A stretch of 11,064 bases of DNA from Gemmatimonadota bacterium (GTDB lineage: Bacteria > Gemmatimonadota > Gemmatimonadetes > Palauibacterales > KS3-K002), in assembly GCA_020344215.1 (NCBI GenBank), contig CP070815.1, positions 2,213,475-2,224,538 on the forward strand, written 5' to 3'. The notes under the pieces are model-generated. The model saw nothing but the letters and a program-made list of their open reading frames with translations, made no database searches and was not told the DNA's origin. Of this stretch, positions 1 through 7,534 are shown piece after piece. Made by a program: the position numbers and the translations under genes. How positions within the stretch are numbered: position 1 is the stretch's first letter; each line of letters starts with the position of its first letter.

Positions 1-1
1 C

Positions 2-571
2 CTGGCACGCTTCGGGAAGCACTGGACCGAATCCGACCAGCAGCGTCTTATGGGCGTCAGTACGTCCACCTGGGTCGACTACGTCACCGAGAAGCTGGAA
101 GGGGCCATGCCGCCCGACGAAGTGTTGCACAACATCGTGGGCATAATGGCTGCAGCGTACGAGAGTGGCGATGTCCCGCTCCTTCCCGGAGCGAGTGAAG
201 CGTTGGAGCACTGCGTCGGCAGGTACCGCGTCGGACTCGCCTCCGGCTCGCCCAGATTGCTGATAGAAGCGGCACTCACGGGCGCCGACTGGCAGCGGTG
301 TTTCGAGGAGGTCATATCGAGTGACGAGTGCGCTCGCGGCAAGCCGGCGCCGGACGTCTATCTCGAGATCATGCGTCGCATGGGCCTCAGTCCCGAGACG
401 ACCGTGGTGGTGGAAGATTCGGCAGCCGGCATCCTCGCCGGCAAGGCTGCCAAGGCAAAGGTCGTCGCCGTCCCGCGTGGTTTCACCTCACCCGACAGCG
501 AGGCGCTCGAGCAAGCCGACGCGCGGCTGGAATCCCTGCACGCGCTGCCGAGTGCCCTGACAGAGCTGTGA
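2..571 (+). CDS. HAD-IA family hydrolase/phosphatase (beta-phosphoglucomutase-like), 5'-truncated by the window edge
   Basis: The frame is open from nt 2 (L-A-R-F-G-K-H-W-T-E-S-D-Q-Q-R-L-M...) with no stop before ATG 50, so the gene starts off-window and motif I (DxDG) is missing. The translation carries HAD motifs: 'RVGLASGS' (motif II), 'RGKPAPDVYLEIMRRMG' (motif III Lys) and 'VVVEDSAAGILAGKAA' (motif IV). Stop TGA at 569-571. Confidence 0.8.
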   Translation: MARFGKHWTESDQQRLMGVSTSTWVDYVTEKLEGAMPPDEVLHNIVGIMAAAYESGDVPLLPGASEALEHCVGRYRVGLASGSPRLLIEAALTGADWQRCFEEVISSDECARGKPAPDVYLEIMRRMGLSPETTVVVEDSAAGILAGKAAKAKVVAVPRGFTSPDSEALEQADARLESLHALPSALTEL

Positions 572-614
572 GCACGCGTAGCACCTGGCGCCAAGACCTG
601 ACCGCGGAATCTAT

Positions 615-1034
615 CTACCCCATCCTCACGCGTCGGCTCTCAAGGCCTGACTCCGAACACGTAAGGACGAGCTGCTCAGCCCTCTCCGGGTCGGTCGGGA
701 CCTCTGCACCGCGGTCGAGCAACAGATCGACCAGATCGCCAAAGCCGCGCCATGCGGCGAGACCGAGCGGCGTGTCGCCGAAGCGGTCCTCGGCGTTCAC
801 GTCGGCCCCACCGTCGAGCAGCCGCCGGGCCATGTCGGCCTCGCCCGTCTCGCGCGCGACGAGAAGTAGCGGCGTACGCCCGTAGCTTTCCGGGATTTCC
901 GTGTCGGCCCCGTGCTGCAGCAGAAGCGCGACCAGGTCGTCGTCGTTCCGAAGCACCGCCCAGTACAGCGGCGTCTCCTGCTCGAGGTTCGTGGCGTTCA
1001 CGTCGGCGCCGTACGAGAGCAGGTACTCCACCAC
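615..1034 (-). CDS. Ankyrin-repeat protein, ~139 aa, about 3.5 repeats
   Basis: Repeated ANK signatures: 'VEYLLSYGADVNATN', 'ETPLYWAV..DDDLVALLLQHGADTE', 'GRTPLLLVA..GEADMARRLLDGGADVNAED', 'GDTPLGLAAWRGFGDLVDLLLDRGAEV'. The only possible start is GTG 1032-1034. A GGAGGGGG Shine-Dalgarno-like run (reverse complement of 1044-1051) lies 9-12 nt upstream. Stop TAG (reverse complement of 615-617). No signal peptide is visible. Confidence 0.7.
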   Translation of the reverse strand: MVEYLLSYGADVNATNLEQETPLYWAVLRNDDDLVALLLQHGADTEIPESYGRTPLLLVARETGEADMARRLLDGGADVNAEDRFGDTPLGLAAWRGFGDLVDLLLDRGAEVPTDPERAEQLVLTCSESGLESRRVRMG

Positions 1035-1060
1035 GTCTTCGCGCCCCCTCCAGCCTCAGA

Positions 1061-3499
1061 TCAGTGCTGCCGCAGCGCTACCATCGGGTCGACCCGGGCG
1101 GCTCGTCTGGCCGGCAGTAGGGCGGCGGAGACCGCCACCAGCGCAAGCAACCCCGGCACGCTTGCCAGAACCAGTGGGTCACTCGCACTCACCTCGTAGA
1201 GCAGTCCCGAAAGCAGACGCGTCAGGGCGACGCCGACAGGAAGCCCGATAGCGATCCCGATGACCGCGAGGCGCGCTCCTTCGCCGACGAGAAGCCGGCC
1301 TATATCGGTTCCTTCCGCGCCCAGGGCCCTGCGCACGGCGAGTTCGTGATAGCGCTGTCTCAGGGAGTAGTTGATGACCCCGTACAGACCCACGACCGCC
1401 AGTGTCAGGGCGAGAAGCGCGAAGCCGACCACCAGAGCCGTCACGAAGCGTGAGGCCGCGAGAGACCGGGAGGCGACCCGCTCCATCGTTCGCACTTCGG
1501 TGACGGGGATCGTTGGATCGACGGCCCAGATGGCGTCCCGAACCTCTGCGGCGCGCCCAGCTGGGTCACCCTCGAAGCGGACCACCATCGCCATCGCTCG
1601 CCAGGCCGACTGCGCCTGGGGGACGTACACGACGTTTCTGTGAGCATCCGCCAGGTCCATGTAGCGGACGTCGCCCACCACACCGACCACCTCGAGCAGG
1701 GTATCGGTAACCACATCGCTCAGCGGCCGGATCTTTCTTCCGATGGGATCCTGATCGAAGAACATCTCCTGGGCCAGCGACTCGCTGAGGATCACGACCT
1801 GCGGGCCTGTCGGCGCATCGTTCTGAGAGAACGCCCGCCCCCTGATGAGCGGGATCCCCATCGTCTCGAAGAACTGCACTCCGACAATGTTCCAGTTTGC
1901 GAAGTGGCCGGTTCTATCAAGAGGGTCCTCTCTACCATCTACCGCGAAGGGCAGGTAGTCGAACAGCCCGTCCGCCGAGAGCGGGAGGGCGGATACCACC
2001 GAGGCCGAGACCGCTCCCGGAAGCGCGGAAAGCCTCTCGGTGAACTCCTGGAACACGTGGGCCATCCGCTGGTCCTCGGGTGAACCGGGTGCGTAGTGCG
2101 GGAGGAACACCTTCATGGTGAGCAGCCCCTCTGCCCGGAAGCCGGGATCCGTCCGCAGGAGCCTCACCGTGCTCTTGACGATCAAGCTCGCTCCCAAGAC
2201 CAATACGACAGACACGGCGAGTTGGACTACGGTCATGGTACGCCGGGCCCGACCGCCGGGTGGTCCCTGCCCGGATCGCGGTCCGTCCTCCTTCAGGCAC
2301 TGAAGCAGATCGAGCCTTGCTGCCGTCAGGGCGGGCGCCAGTGTGAAGACGAGCCCGGTGACGAGAGAGACCGCCGCGGTGAAGGTCAGCACACGGAGAT
2401 CGACGCCCCAACCGTTAATCCCCGGAATCGTCGATGGCGCCATCGCCGCGAGGGCGTCCGTCACCCAGACCGACGCGGCCATCCCCACCGCGCCACCCAT
2501 GAGTGCAACTACCAGGCACTCCCAGGCCAGGGGCTGCACGGAGCGAGTGCGGCCCGCACCGATCGCGGCCCGGATGGCGATCTCCTTCTGCCTCCCCAGA
2601 GATCGCTCCAGGGTGAGGTTGGCCACGTTGGCACACGCAATGAGAAGGACGAATCCGACGCACCCCATCAACAGCCACAGGGCCCGACGCGTGTTGTCCC
2701 CCACGACGTAGGAGCGGAGCGAGATCGCCGTCGCTCCAAACCCTCCGCGTGTATCCGGACGGTCGGCGGCGGCCCGTCGGGCGATCGCGTCGACGACCAC
2801 CGCAGCACGCGACACATCGACTCCGGGCCGAAGCCGCGCGATAACCGAGTAGCCCAGAGCGTCTAGCTCCAGCACCCAATCCGGCGTGACGGCCCCGAAC
2901 GTTAGAGGGATCCAGATCTCTGCCTCGCGCGGCCACTGGGCCTCGGGCGCGACCACCCCGACTACCTGGTACGACTCGCCGTCGAGATAGACCGTAGATC
3001 CGACGATCTCCGGATCGGCGCCGAACCTTCTCTCCCAGATTCCCCGACTCAACACGGCGACGTTACCCTGGCCGCGCTCATGCTCCTCCGGAACGAACCA
3101 CCGGCCCAGCAGCGGAGGAGCCGCCAGCACTTCGAAGAACCCGTGAGATACCACCGCTCCCCGAACGCGTTCCGGCCGGTCTCCGCCGCTGAGGTTGAAC
3201 CCCCAACCCAGGAAGAGTCCCATGTGCCGAAAGACCTCGGTCTGGTCTCTCCACCTCAGGTAGTCGGCATAACCGACCGGTCCCTGCTCGACGTTCTTGG
3301 CCGGGTTGGTCAGCACCAGCACCACCAGCTCATCGAATCGATGGTAGGGAAGCGCCCGAAGCAGGACACTGTTCACGACACTGAAGACCGCCGTGTTGGC
3401 GCCGATGCCCAGGGCCAGCGTCAGAACGGCGACGGCTGCGTAGCCCGGGTTTCTCCAGAGCCCGCGAAGCGCCTGCCTTAGGTTCTGAGACAGCGCCAT
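1061..3499 (-). CDS. MacB-like ABC transporter permease with duplicated FtsX modules (ADOP family, 'acidobacterial duplicated orphan permease')
   Basis: N-terminus 'MALSQNLRQALRGLWRNPGYAAVAVLTLALGIGANTAVFSVVNSVLL' and C-terminus 'LLPARRAARVDPMVALRQH' are the hallmark ends of ADOP/MacB-type permeases (FtsX PF02687 x2, each preceded by a large MacB_PCD-like periplasmic domain). I prefer ATG 3497-3499 as the start because family N-termini begin about 10 aa before the 'LR..LR.L.rNPGF' motif. The longest ORF extends to GTG 3592 and has a GGGGG run upstream, so the start is uncertain by 31 codons. Confidence 0.85.
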   Translation of the reverse strand: MALSQNLRQALRGLWRNPGYAAVAVLTLALGIGANTAVFSVVNSVLLRALPYHRFDELVVLVLTNPAKNVEQGPVGYADYLRWRDQTEVFRHMGLFLGWGFNLSGGDRPERVRGAVVSHGFFEVLAAPPLLGRWFVPEEHERGQGNVAVLSRGIWERRFGADPEIVGSTVYLDGESYQVVGVVAPEAQWPREAEIWIPLTFGAVTPDWVLELDALGYSVIARLRPGVDVSRAAVVVDAIARRAAADRPDTRGGFGATAISLRSYVVGDNTRRALWLLMGCVGFVLLIACANVANLTLERSLGRQKEIAIRAAIGAGRTRSVQPLAWECLVVALMGGAVGMAASVWVTDALAAMAPSTIPGINGWGVDLRVLTFTAAVSLVTGLVFTLAPALTAARLDLLQCLKEDGPRSGQGPPGGRARRTMTVVQLAVSVVLVLGASLIVKSTVRLLRTDPGFRAEGLLTMKVFLPHYAPGSPEDQRMAHVFQEFTERLSALPGAVSASVVSALPLSADGLFDYLPFAVDGREDPLDRTGHFANWNIVGVQFFETMGIPLIRGRAFSQNDAPTGPQVVILSESLAQEMFFDQDPIGRKIRPLSDVVTDTLLEVVGVVGDVRYMDLADAHRNVVYVPQAQSAWRAMAMVVRFEGDPAGRAAEVRDAIWAVDPTIPVTEVRTMERVASRSLAASRFVTALVVGFALLALTLAVVGLYGVINYSLRQRYHELAVRRALGAEGTDIGRLLVGEGARLAVIGIAIGLPVGVALTRLLSGLLYEVSASDPLVLASVPGLLALVAVSAALLPARRAARVDPMVALRQH

Positions 3500-3754
3500 G
3501 ACCACGTCGCACGCTCGATACCTGATTCGTCCGATGCGGCCGGTATTCCAACGGCTCCCACGACGGGTACGGTCGATCAGTCGCGCCATCACATCAACAC
3601 CCCCGAGTGCGGTCGAGTATTGAGCGGGATATGCCTGAGGTTCGAGGAGCAGAATGCGTGCCGACGGGGTCGGCCTCGGAAATCGGCCCCCTCATGCTGC
3701 AGTTGCGCGCACCAGGCTTACACTGCAATCGTCCCCGCGTGTTCGGTCTTGGGA

Positions 3755-3773
3755 CCGGTTCGCTCGGAACCGG
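3755..3773. repeat. Perfect 7-bp inverted repeat CCGGTTC-N5-GAACCGG in the divergent intergenic region
   Basis: Read directly: ccggttc (3755-3761), gctcg loop, gaaccgg (3767-3773). It lies about 160-255 nt upstream of the permease start candidates on the minus strand. Function unknown; it could be an operator or an RNA hairpin. Confidence 0.6.
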
Positions 3774-3907
3774 ACACAGGAGAGTCCCATCTTCCGAGTC
3801 GGCGGTGCGACGGGTTTGCTAGGCCCTCGGCGGATTGGCCCGCTCCGGCTATTCTGTGCTCAAGGCTTCTGTCGGCTCTGTCACGATTGAACGCCGGTAC
3901 GCACAAT

Positions 3908-3958
3908 GCCGTTCAGCCCGGGCATTGGACCATTCAGTCCCGGCTATGGCCAGTTCGC
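3908..3958 (+). promoter_or_regulatory. Putative LytTR/AlgR-type operator: three 9-bp direct-repeat boxes with exact 12-bp spacers
   Basis: Boxes are gCCGTTCAG (3908-3916), aCCATTCAG (3929-3937) and cCAGTTCGC (3950-3958). The GTT/ATT cores start at 3911, 3932 and 3953, exactly 21 bp apart. Fits to the remembered LytTR consensus [TA][AC][CA]GTTN[AG][TG] are 8/9, 8/9 and 7/9. The proximal box abuts TTGACA. A LytTR regulator is encoded downstream in the same direction. Confidence 0.45.
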
Positions 3959-3959
3959 G

Positions 3960-3989
3960 TTGACAAGCTTCCCGGGCCGCTCGTACATG
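3960..3989 (+). promoter_or_regulatory. Candidate sigma70-like promoter for the GT-C/kinase/regulator genes
   Basis: Perfect -35 TTGACA (3960-3965), an 18-bp spacer, then a weak -10 TACATG (3984-3989). It lies about 110 nt upstream of the first start candidate of the next + strand gene. The -10 is poor, as expected for an activator-dependent promoter, but this is only pattern matching. Confidence 0.3.
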
Positions 3990-4111
3990 GGTACCGTGTA
4001 GCCTCGGATCAAGGACTCGTGGACCACTGAGAGGCTCCGCGAAACTGGAGGCAGCATGGCCGGCAAGCACTCGGGACGAGTCAGCGGCTCCCTTCCTAGT
4101 TGGGCCGGCCG

Positions 4112-5377
4112 ATGACACCCTTACGGACTGCCGTGAGCTGGATGGCTCGATCGCCGCTGCGAGCCTTCATACTCATCTTCCTGCTGGGCTTCTCGCTACG
4201 CGTTTACTTCCTGGCCAAGATTCCAGAGCGCCGCTTACTCCCGCACGATCGTTGGGAGGACACTGCGATCGCGACATCGGTGCTCGAGCGTGGCGAATTC
4301 GCGGATCCCTACATGATCCCCGCCGGACCCACCGCGCACTTGCCGCCGCTCGTGCCCGGGATCCTCGTGGTGATGTGGGGCCTTTTCGGGATGGGTTTGG
4401 CAGGCGGTTATGCCGCCTATTTGTTCAGCATCACGGCATTTTCGGCCCTCTACGCCTTGGTCCCCTGGTTTGCCGGGAAGCTCGGACTCGGCAGAGAGGC
4501 CGGTGTGCTCGGCGGCATCGTCGGCGCCCTGATCGTGTTGCGGCCCGGGAACGCCGAAGAGCTCGCCGGCATCGTCCTCGGCCTGCTGGCGATCGCCTTC
4601 CTGCGCCGCTGGACCTCGGGGCTCGGCTCGTTCGGTGGCTCGTTATTGATTGGGGCGGCATGCGGAGTCGCGTTTCATCTGCAGCCGGTTCTGCTGCCCG
4701 TCGTCTTGGGCTGGATGGCCTTCGAGTTGTGGTGGAGCCGAGATCGGCGGAAGTGGGCCCTGTCGGCTGCGCTGGTTATGGGGATGGCCATCGCTTGTGC
4801 TCCATGGGCCTGGCGGAATTACACGGTCTTGGGTGAGGTCTATTTCATCCGCAGCGACCTGGGGCTGGAGCTGCGGATGGGCAACAACGATGACGCCGTC
4901 GGTGCCTTGGAATCACTGGGCCCCGGGCATGTGTATCGGCATCCGCGCACGCACCCAGTAGAAGCGCGTTTGGTTCAGGAGCTGGGTGAGGCGGAGTACA
5001 TGCGACGGGCCAAGGCCGAGGCGATCGACTGGATAAAGGCGCACCCGGGAGACTTCATCGGGCTGACGGCTTCACGAACAACGCAGTTCTGGCTTGGACC
5101 TTTTCACCGGCCGGGGATTGCTCTGGCAGTCACGGTTCTCACGATACTCGCGCTCTTGGGTGCGTGGCGCTCGCTGCCGGCGATGACGCACCCGCAACGG
5201 GCGGCGCTCATGATGCCGCTGATCTGCTACCCGCTCGTGTACTACGTCGTCATCTATATGCCCCGCTACAGAATCCCGCTGGATTGGATTCTGCTAGCGC
5301 TAGCCGGCGCCGCGGTCTGGCGCCGGCTCGACGGTTGTGGCCTGGAATCAAGGGTCGGCAAGATTGACGGCGAGTGA
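4112..5377 (+). CDS. Polytopic membrane protein, GT-C fold glycosyltransferase-like (ArnT/PMT_2, GT39/GT83-like)
   Basis: Many hydrophobic spans. The first loop after TM1 has an acidic motif, 'HDRWEDTAIATSVLERGEFADPY', followed by 'PTAHLPPLVPGILV', resembling the D/E loop and 'hPPLyp' segment of PMT_2/ArnT-like enzymes. A later 'DLGLELRMGNNDDAVG' and 'AIDWIKAHPGDFIGL' resemble the distal parts of such proteins. Start candidates are TTG 4100, ATG 4112 and ATG 4142. Stop TGA at 5375-5377. At ~420 aa it is short for the family, so the product call is tentative. Confidence 0.55.
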   Translation: MTPLRTAVSWMARSPLRAFILIFLLGFSLRVYFLAKIPERRLLPHDRWEDTAIATSVLERGEFADPYMIPAGPTAHLPPLVPGILVVMWGLFGMGLAGGYAAYLFSITAFSALYALVPWFAGKLGLGREAGVLGGIVGALIVLRPGNAEELAGIVLGLLAIAFLRRWTSGLGSFGGSLLIGAACGVAFHLQPVLLPVVLGWMAFELWWSRDRRKWALSAALVMGMAIACAPWAWRNYTVLGEVYFIRSDLGLELRMGNNDDAVGALESLGPGHVYRHPRTHPVEARLVQELGEAEYMRRAKAEAIDWIKAHPGDFIGLTASRTTQFWLGPFHRPGIALAVTVLTILALLGAWRSLPAMTHPQRAALMMPLICYPLVYYVVIYMPRYRIPLDWILLALAGAAVWRRLDGCGLESRVGKIDGE

Positions 5378-5437
5378 AATCTTATCAAGGTTCTGTGGGC
5401 GTGGAAGCGCGATAACTAGGCTACGTCGAGAGGTTCG

Positions 5438-6670
5438 GTGAGCTACCGCCAGGAGCAGAACGACCTCCGTAGGCCTACTTCCGGCCCCAAAGATCCGCCC
5501 GAGGCAGCCTCCCTCGATCCGTTGGGGCCCGTCGGCGCTCGAGGTTCGGCCGGGGGAAGAACCTTCTGGATTCTGTTTTCGGTGGGGTGGCTTGCCTACA
5601 TCGGGATCGTGGCCACACAGGCAACGATCGGACGCAAGCCCCTCGGCCCCCCGCTGGCCAGTGCCCTTGGCCCAATTTGCCTTGCCGTCGTCCTGGCCTG
5701 GCGGCGACGGGACCTTCTCCGACCCGAGTCCACACTCCTGAGGAACATCGCGGTCTATCTCGGATTGGGCCTGACGTATGCAACCAGCTCGGCGGTCCTC
5801 TCAGCCGTGCTGTTCGACTTGAGCGTCCCGCCTGGAGACACGTCGTTCATTGATGATCCTGTGGGACTAGCAAAGTACTTGTTCTTCGTCTACTTGATAC
5901 TGTACGCGGTGCTGTTGGGGTTCTTGATGTGGACCGAATCGATAAGCCGCGTTCGGGAGAGCTACGCCATCGTGGCCCGTGAGGCGGTCCTCCGGGCGCG
6001 CGCCGAGGCGAAGGCACTCAGAGCACAATTCAACCCACACTTCGTGTACAACACTCTCCACTCTCTCATGATGTTGGTCCGGGAGGAGCCGAAGGCGGCG
6101 GAGAAAGCCATTGAGGACGTTGCCGCCCTGATACGCTACGCCTCCCAGCTGGAGCGACAGGGCCAGGACACGGTCCTACTGCGACAGGAAATCGAGATAG
6201 CTGAGAGATACTTGGCGCTGGAGACGCTCAGGCTATCTGATCGCCTCGCGGTGGTATGGGAGGTCGCTCCGGGTCTTGAAGGTTACCGTGTGCCGTCCTT
6301 CTCTCTTCAGACCCTGCTCGAGAACGCCATCAAGCACGGCATTTCCCCCAGACCGGAAGGCGGAACCGTCAGGATTCGGATCGCACTTGAGCAAGGACAC
6401 TTAGCGATGTCGGTTGAAGACGATGGGATGGGAGCGGATCCCGGGGATGTTCTCGAAGCTGAGGGAAAAGGGCTGAGCCTCTTGGCTCGTCGTCTTACTT
6501 CGCTGTGTGGGCCGAGTGCTACCTTGACTTGGTGCACGGCCCCGGGGCAGGGGTTCTCTGTTCTCGTCCGGATTCCTCTGACACTTACCGCACAAGGTAA
6601 GTCGGGTCCCAGCACCGCCGGACCGGAGAGTAACGTTCGGTCTCCCAACGGAGGCGAGAGACTCCCATGA
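5438..6670 (+). CDS. Sensor histidine kinase, LytS/YehU family (His_kinase PF06580 + HATPase_c)
   Basis: About four N-terminal TM helices (e.g. 'FWILFSVGWLAYIGIVATQA', 'YLFFVYLILYAVLLGFLMW'). These are followed by the family-defining H-box 'LRAQFNPHFVYNTLHSLMMLV' and ATPase N/G boxes 'LQTLLENAIKHGI', 'VEDDGMG', 'GKGLSLL'. GTG start at 5438 with GAGAGG 4 nt upstream. Stop TGA at 6668-6670. Confidence 0.85.
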   Translation: MSYRQEQNDLRRPTSGPKDPPEAASLDPLGPVGARGSAGGRTFWILFSVGWLAYIGIVATQATIGRKPLGPPLASALGPICLAVVLAWRRRDLLRPESTLLRNIAVYLGLGLTYATSSAVLSAVLFDLSVPPGDTSFIDDPVGLAKYLFFVYLILYAVLLGFLMWTESISRVRESYAIVAREAVLRARAEAKALRAQFNPHFVYNTLHSLMMLVREEPKAAEKAIEDVAALIRYASQLERQGQDTVLLRQEIEIAERYLALETLRLSDRLAVVWEVAPGLEGYRVPSFSLQTLLENAIKHGISPRPEGGTVRIRIALEQGHLAMSVEDDGMGADPGDVLEAEGKGLSLLARRLTSLCGPSATLTWCTAPGQGFSVLVRIPLTLTAQGKSGPSTAGPESNVRSPNGGERLP

Positions 6671-7419
6671 ACGACAAACCGTCCGTCGGCATGGTTCGGG
6701 CGCTGATCTGCGAGGACGAGCCGCTGGCCGTCAAAGCGATCCGGGAATACCTGCGGGACGTCGAGTGGATCCGGCTGGTCGGGGAAGCCCGAAATGGGCC
6801 TGAGGCAGTTCGCCTCGTTCAAAAGCTCGAGCCGGATCTCGTGTTCCTGGACGTACGCATGCCAGGCCTGACAGGGCTGGAGGTCCTCGATGCGATAACG
6901 CACTTGCCGGCGATCGTCTTCACTACGGCTTTCGATGAGTACGCTGTCCCGGCGTTTGATGCGGGTGCCGTGGACTATCTGGTGAAGCCCTTTGGCCAGG
7001 AGAGGTTCCTGCAGACTCTCGATCGCGTGCGGGTAAGATTGCTGGGGGAGGGACTCGCGGCGGGAGAGCAGCCAAGATCGCAAGGGGCCCAGTATGCGCC
7101 GAGGCTATTCGCACGGCACCGAGGTAGCATCATTCCGGTGCCTGTGTCCGAGATCGCCAGGGTGGACGCTGCCCCCGGTGGTGTGTCTCTGGTGACGAAG
7201 AAGGGAACCTTCTCGCTCGACGCGACGATGGCTGAGCTCGAGAACCGCCTCGACCCTAGAGAGTTCGTGCGGGTCCACAGGAGCCATGTCGTTAACCTGA
7301 CGCATGTTGCGTCGATCCAGTCGTATGACGAGCGCCGGCTCATCCTCAAGATGCAGGACGGAGGTGAGCTGGTCGCCAGCCGGCGCGGCTCGAAGGCCCT
7401 GCGCGAATTGATGGGGTGA
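6667..7419 (+). CDS. LytTR (LytR/AlgR/AgrA) family response regulator
   Basis: REC domain ('ALICEDEPLAVKAI', acceptor region 'DLVFLDVRMPGLTGLEVL', 'VDYLVKPF') plus a C-terminal LytTR domain ('IPVPVSEIARVDA...', 'FVRVHRSHVVNLTHVASI'). ATG 6667-6669 overlaps the kinase stop (ATGA, 6667-6670), implying translational coupling. Confidence 0.9.
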   Translation: MNDKPSVGMVRALICEDEPLAVKAIREYLRDVEWIRLVGEARNGPEAVRLVQKLEPDLVFLDVRMPGLTGLEVLDAITHLPAIVFTTAFDEYAVPAFDAGAVDYLVKPFGQERFLQTLDRVRVRLLGEGLAAGEQPRSQGAQYAPRLFARHRGSIIPVPVSEIARVDAAPGGVSLVTKKGTFSLDATMAELENRLDPREFVRVHRSHVVNLTHVASIQSYDERRLILKMQDGGELVASRRGSKALRELMG

Positions 7420-7534
7420 CGGAACAAGATCGCCCCTACCCCTCGGTAAGTCTCTGACTTCTGCTCACACCTTCCAAACGCATCTGATCCGGACATAACA
7501 CCGCTACCTGCCCCGCCATCGAGCCCTGCGTTGG

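Noticed and set aside
572-614. The convergent HAD/ankyrin intergenic gap, examined for a bidirectional terminator.
   Set aside because: I could find no convincing GC-rich stem with a U/A tract by eye.
328-885. 185-aa + strand ORF spanning the HAD 3' end, the intergenic gap and the ankyrin gene.
   Set aside because: It is out of frame with the HAD gene and antisense to the ankyrin gene. The translation is Arg/Ser-rich and non-protein-like.
1371-3481. Multiple + strand ORFs (e.g. 2096-2866 at 256 aa, 1640-2083, 3080-3481) and out-of-frame minus-strand ORFs inside the permease gene.
   Set aside because: They lie antisense to, or out of frame with, an 813-843 aa ORF that has clear family motifs. 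Their translations are Arg/Pro/Gly-rich shadows.
3639-3647. GGTTCGAGG, resembling a tRNA T-loop.
   Set aside because: There are no complementary T-stem arms and no acceptor or anticodon arms nearby, so it is not a tRNA.
3620-4030. 136-aa + strand ORF (and the overlapping 3607-3822 and 3654-3890 ORFs) filling the divergent intergenic region. In this frame the 21-bp boxes would read as a heptad-like peptide repeat.
   Set aside because: The translation is Cys/Arg/Ser/Pro-rich with no recognisable domain, has no RBS, and overlaps the candidate promoter. The same boxes recur at 7535-7564, where no + strand ORF exists, so a DNA-level (regulatory) explanation fits both copies.
3849-4118. 89-aa minus-strand ORF overlapping the start of the GT-C-like gene.
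   Set aside because: The composition is low-complexity (Ala/Arg/Ser-rich) with no domain signature. It is typical of a spurious high-GC ORF.
5391-5436. Two GGTTC(T/G)G motifs 42 bp apart (GTT at 5391 and 5433) in the 60-nt gap before the kinase gene, considered as a possible internal LytTR site.
   Set aside because: They lack the CC prefix and there is no box at the intermediate 21-bp position. The second motif overlaps the kinase RBS and start codon, so the match is weak.
6307-7083. 258-aa minus-strand ORF, plus 6975-7496 (-).
   Set aside because: They are antisense to the well-supported kinase and response-regulator genes and show no domain-like sequence.
7514-7524. Possible third, distal box (CCATCGAGC) upstream of the 7535-7564 pair.
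   Set aside because: It is out of phase by one nucleotide and lacks the GTT core.
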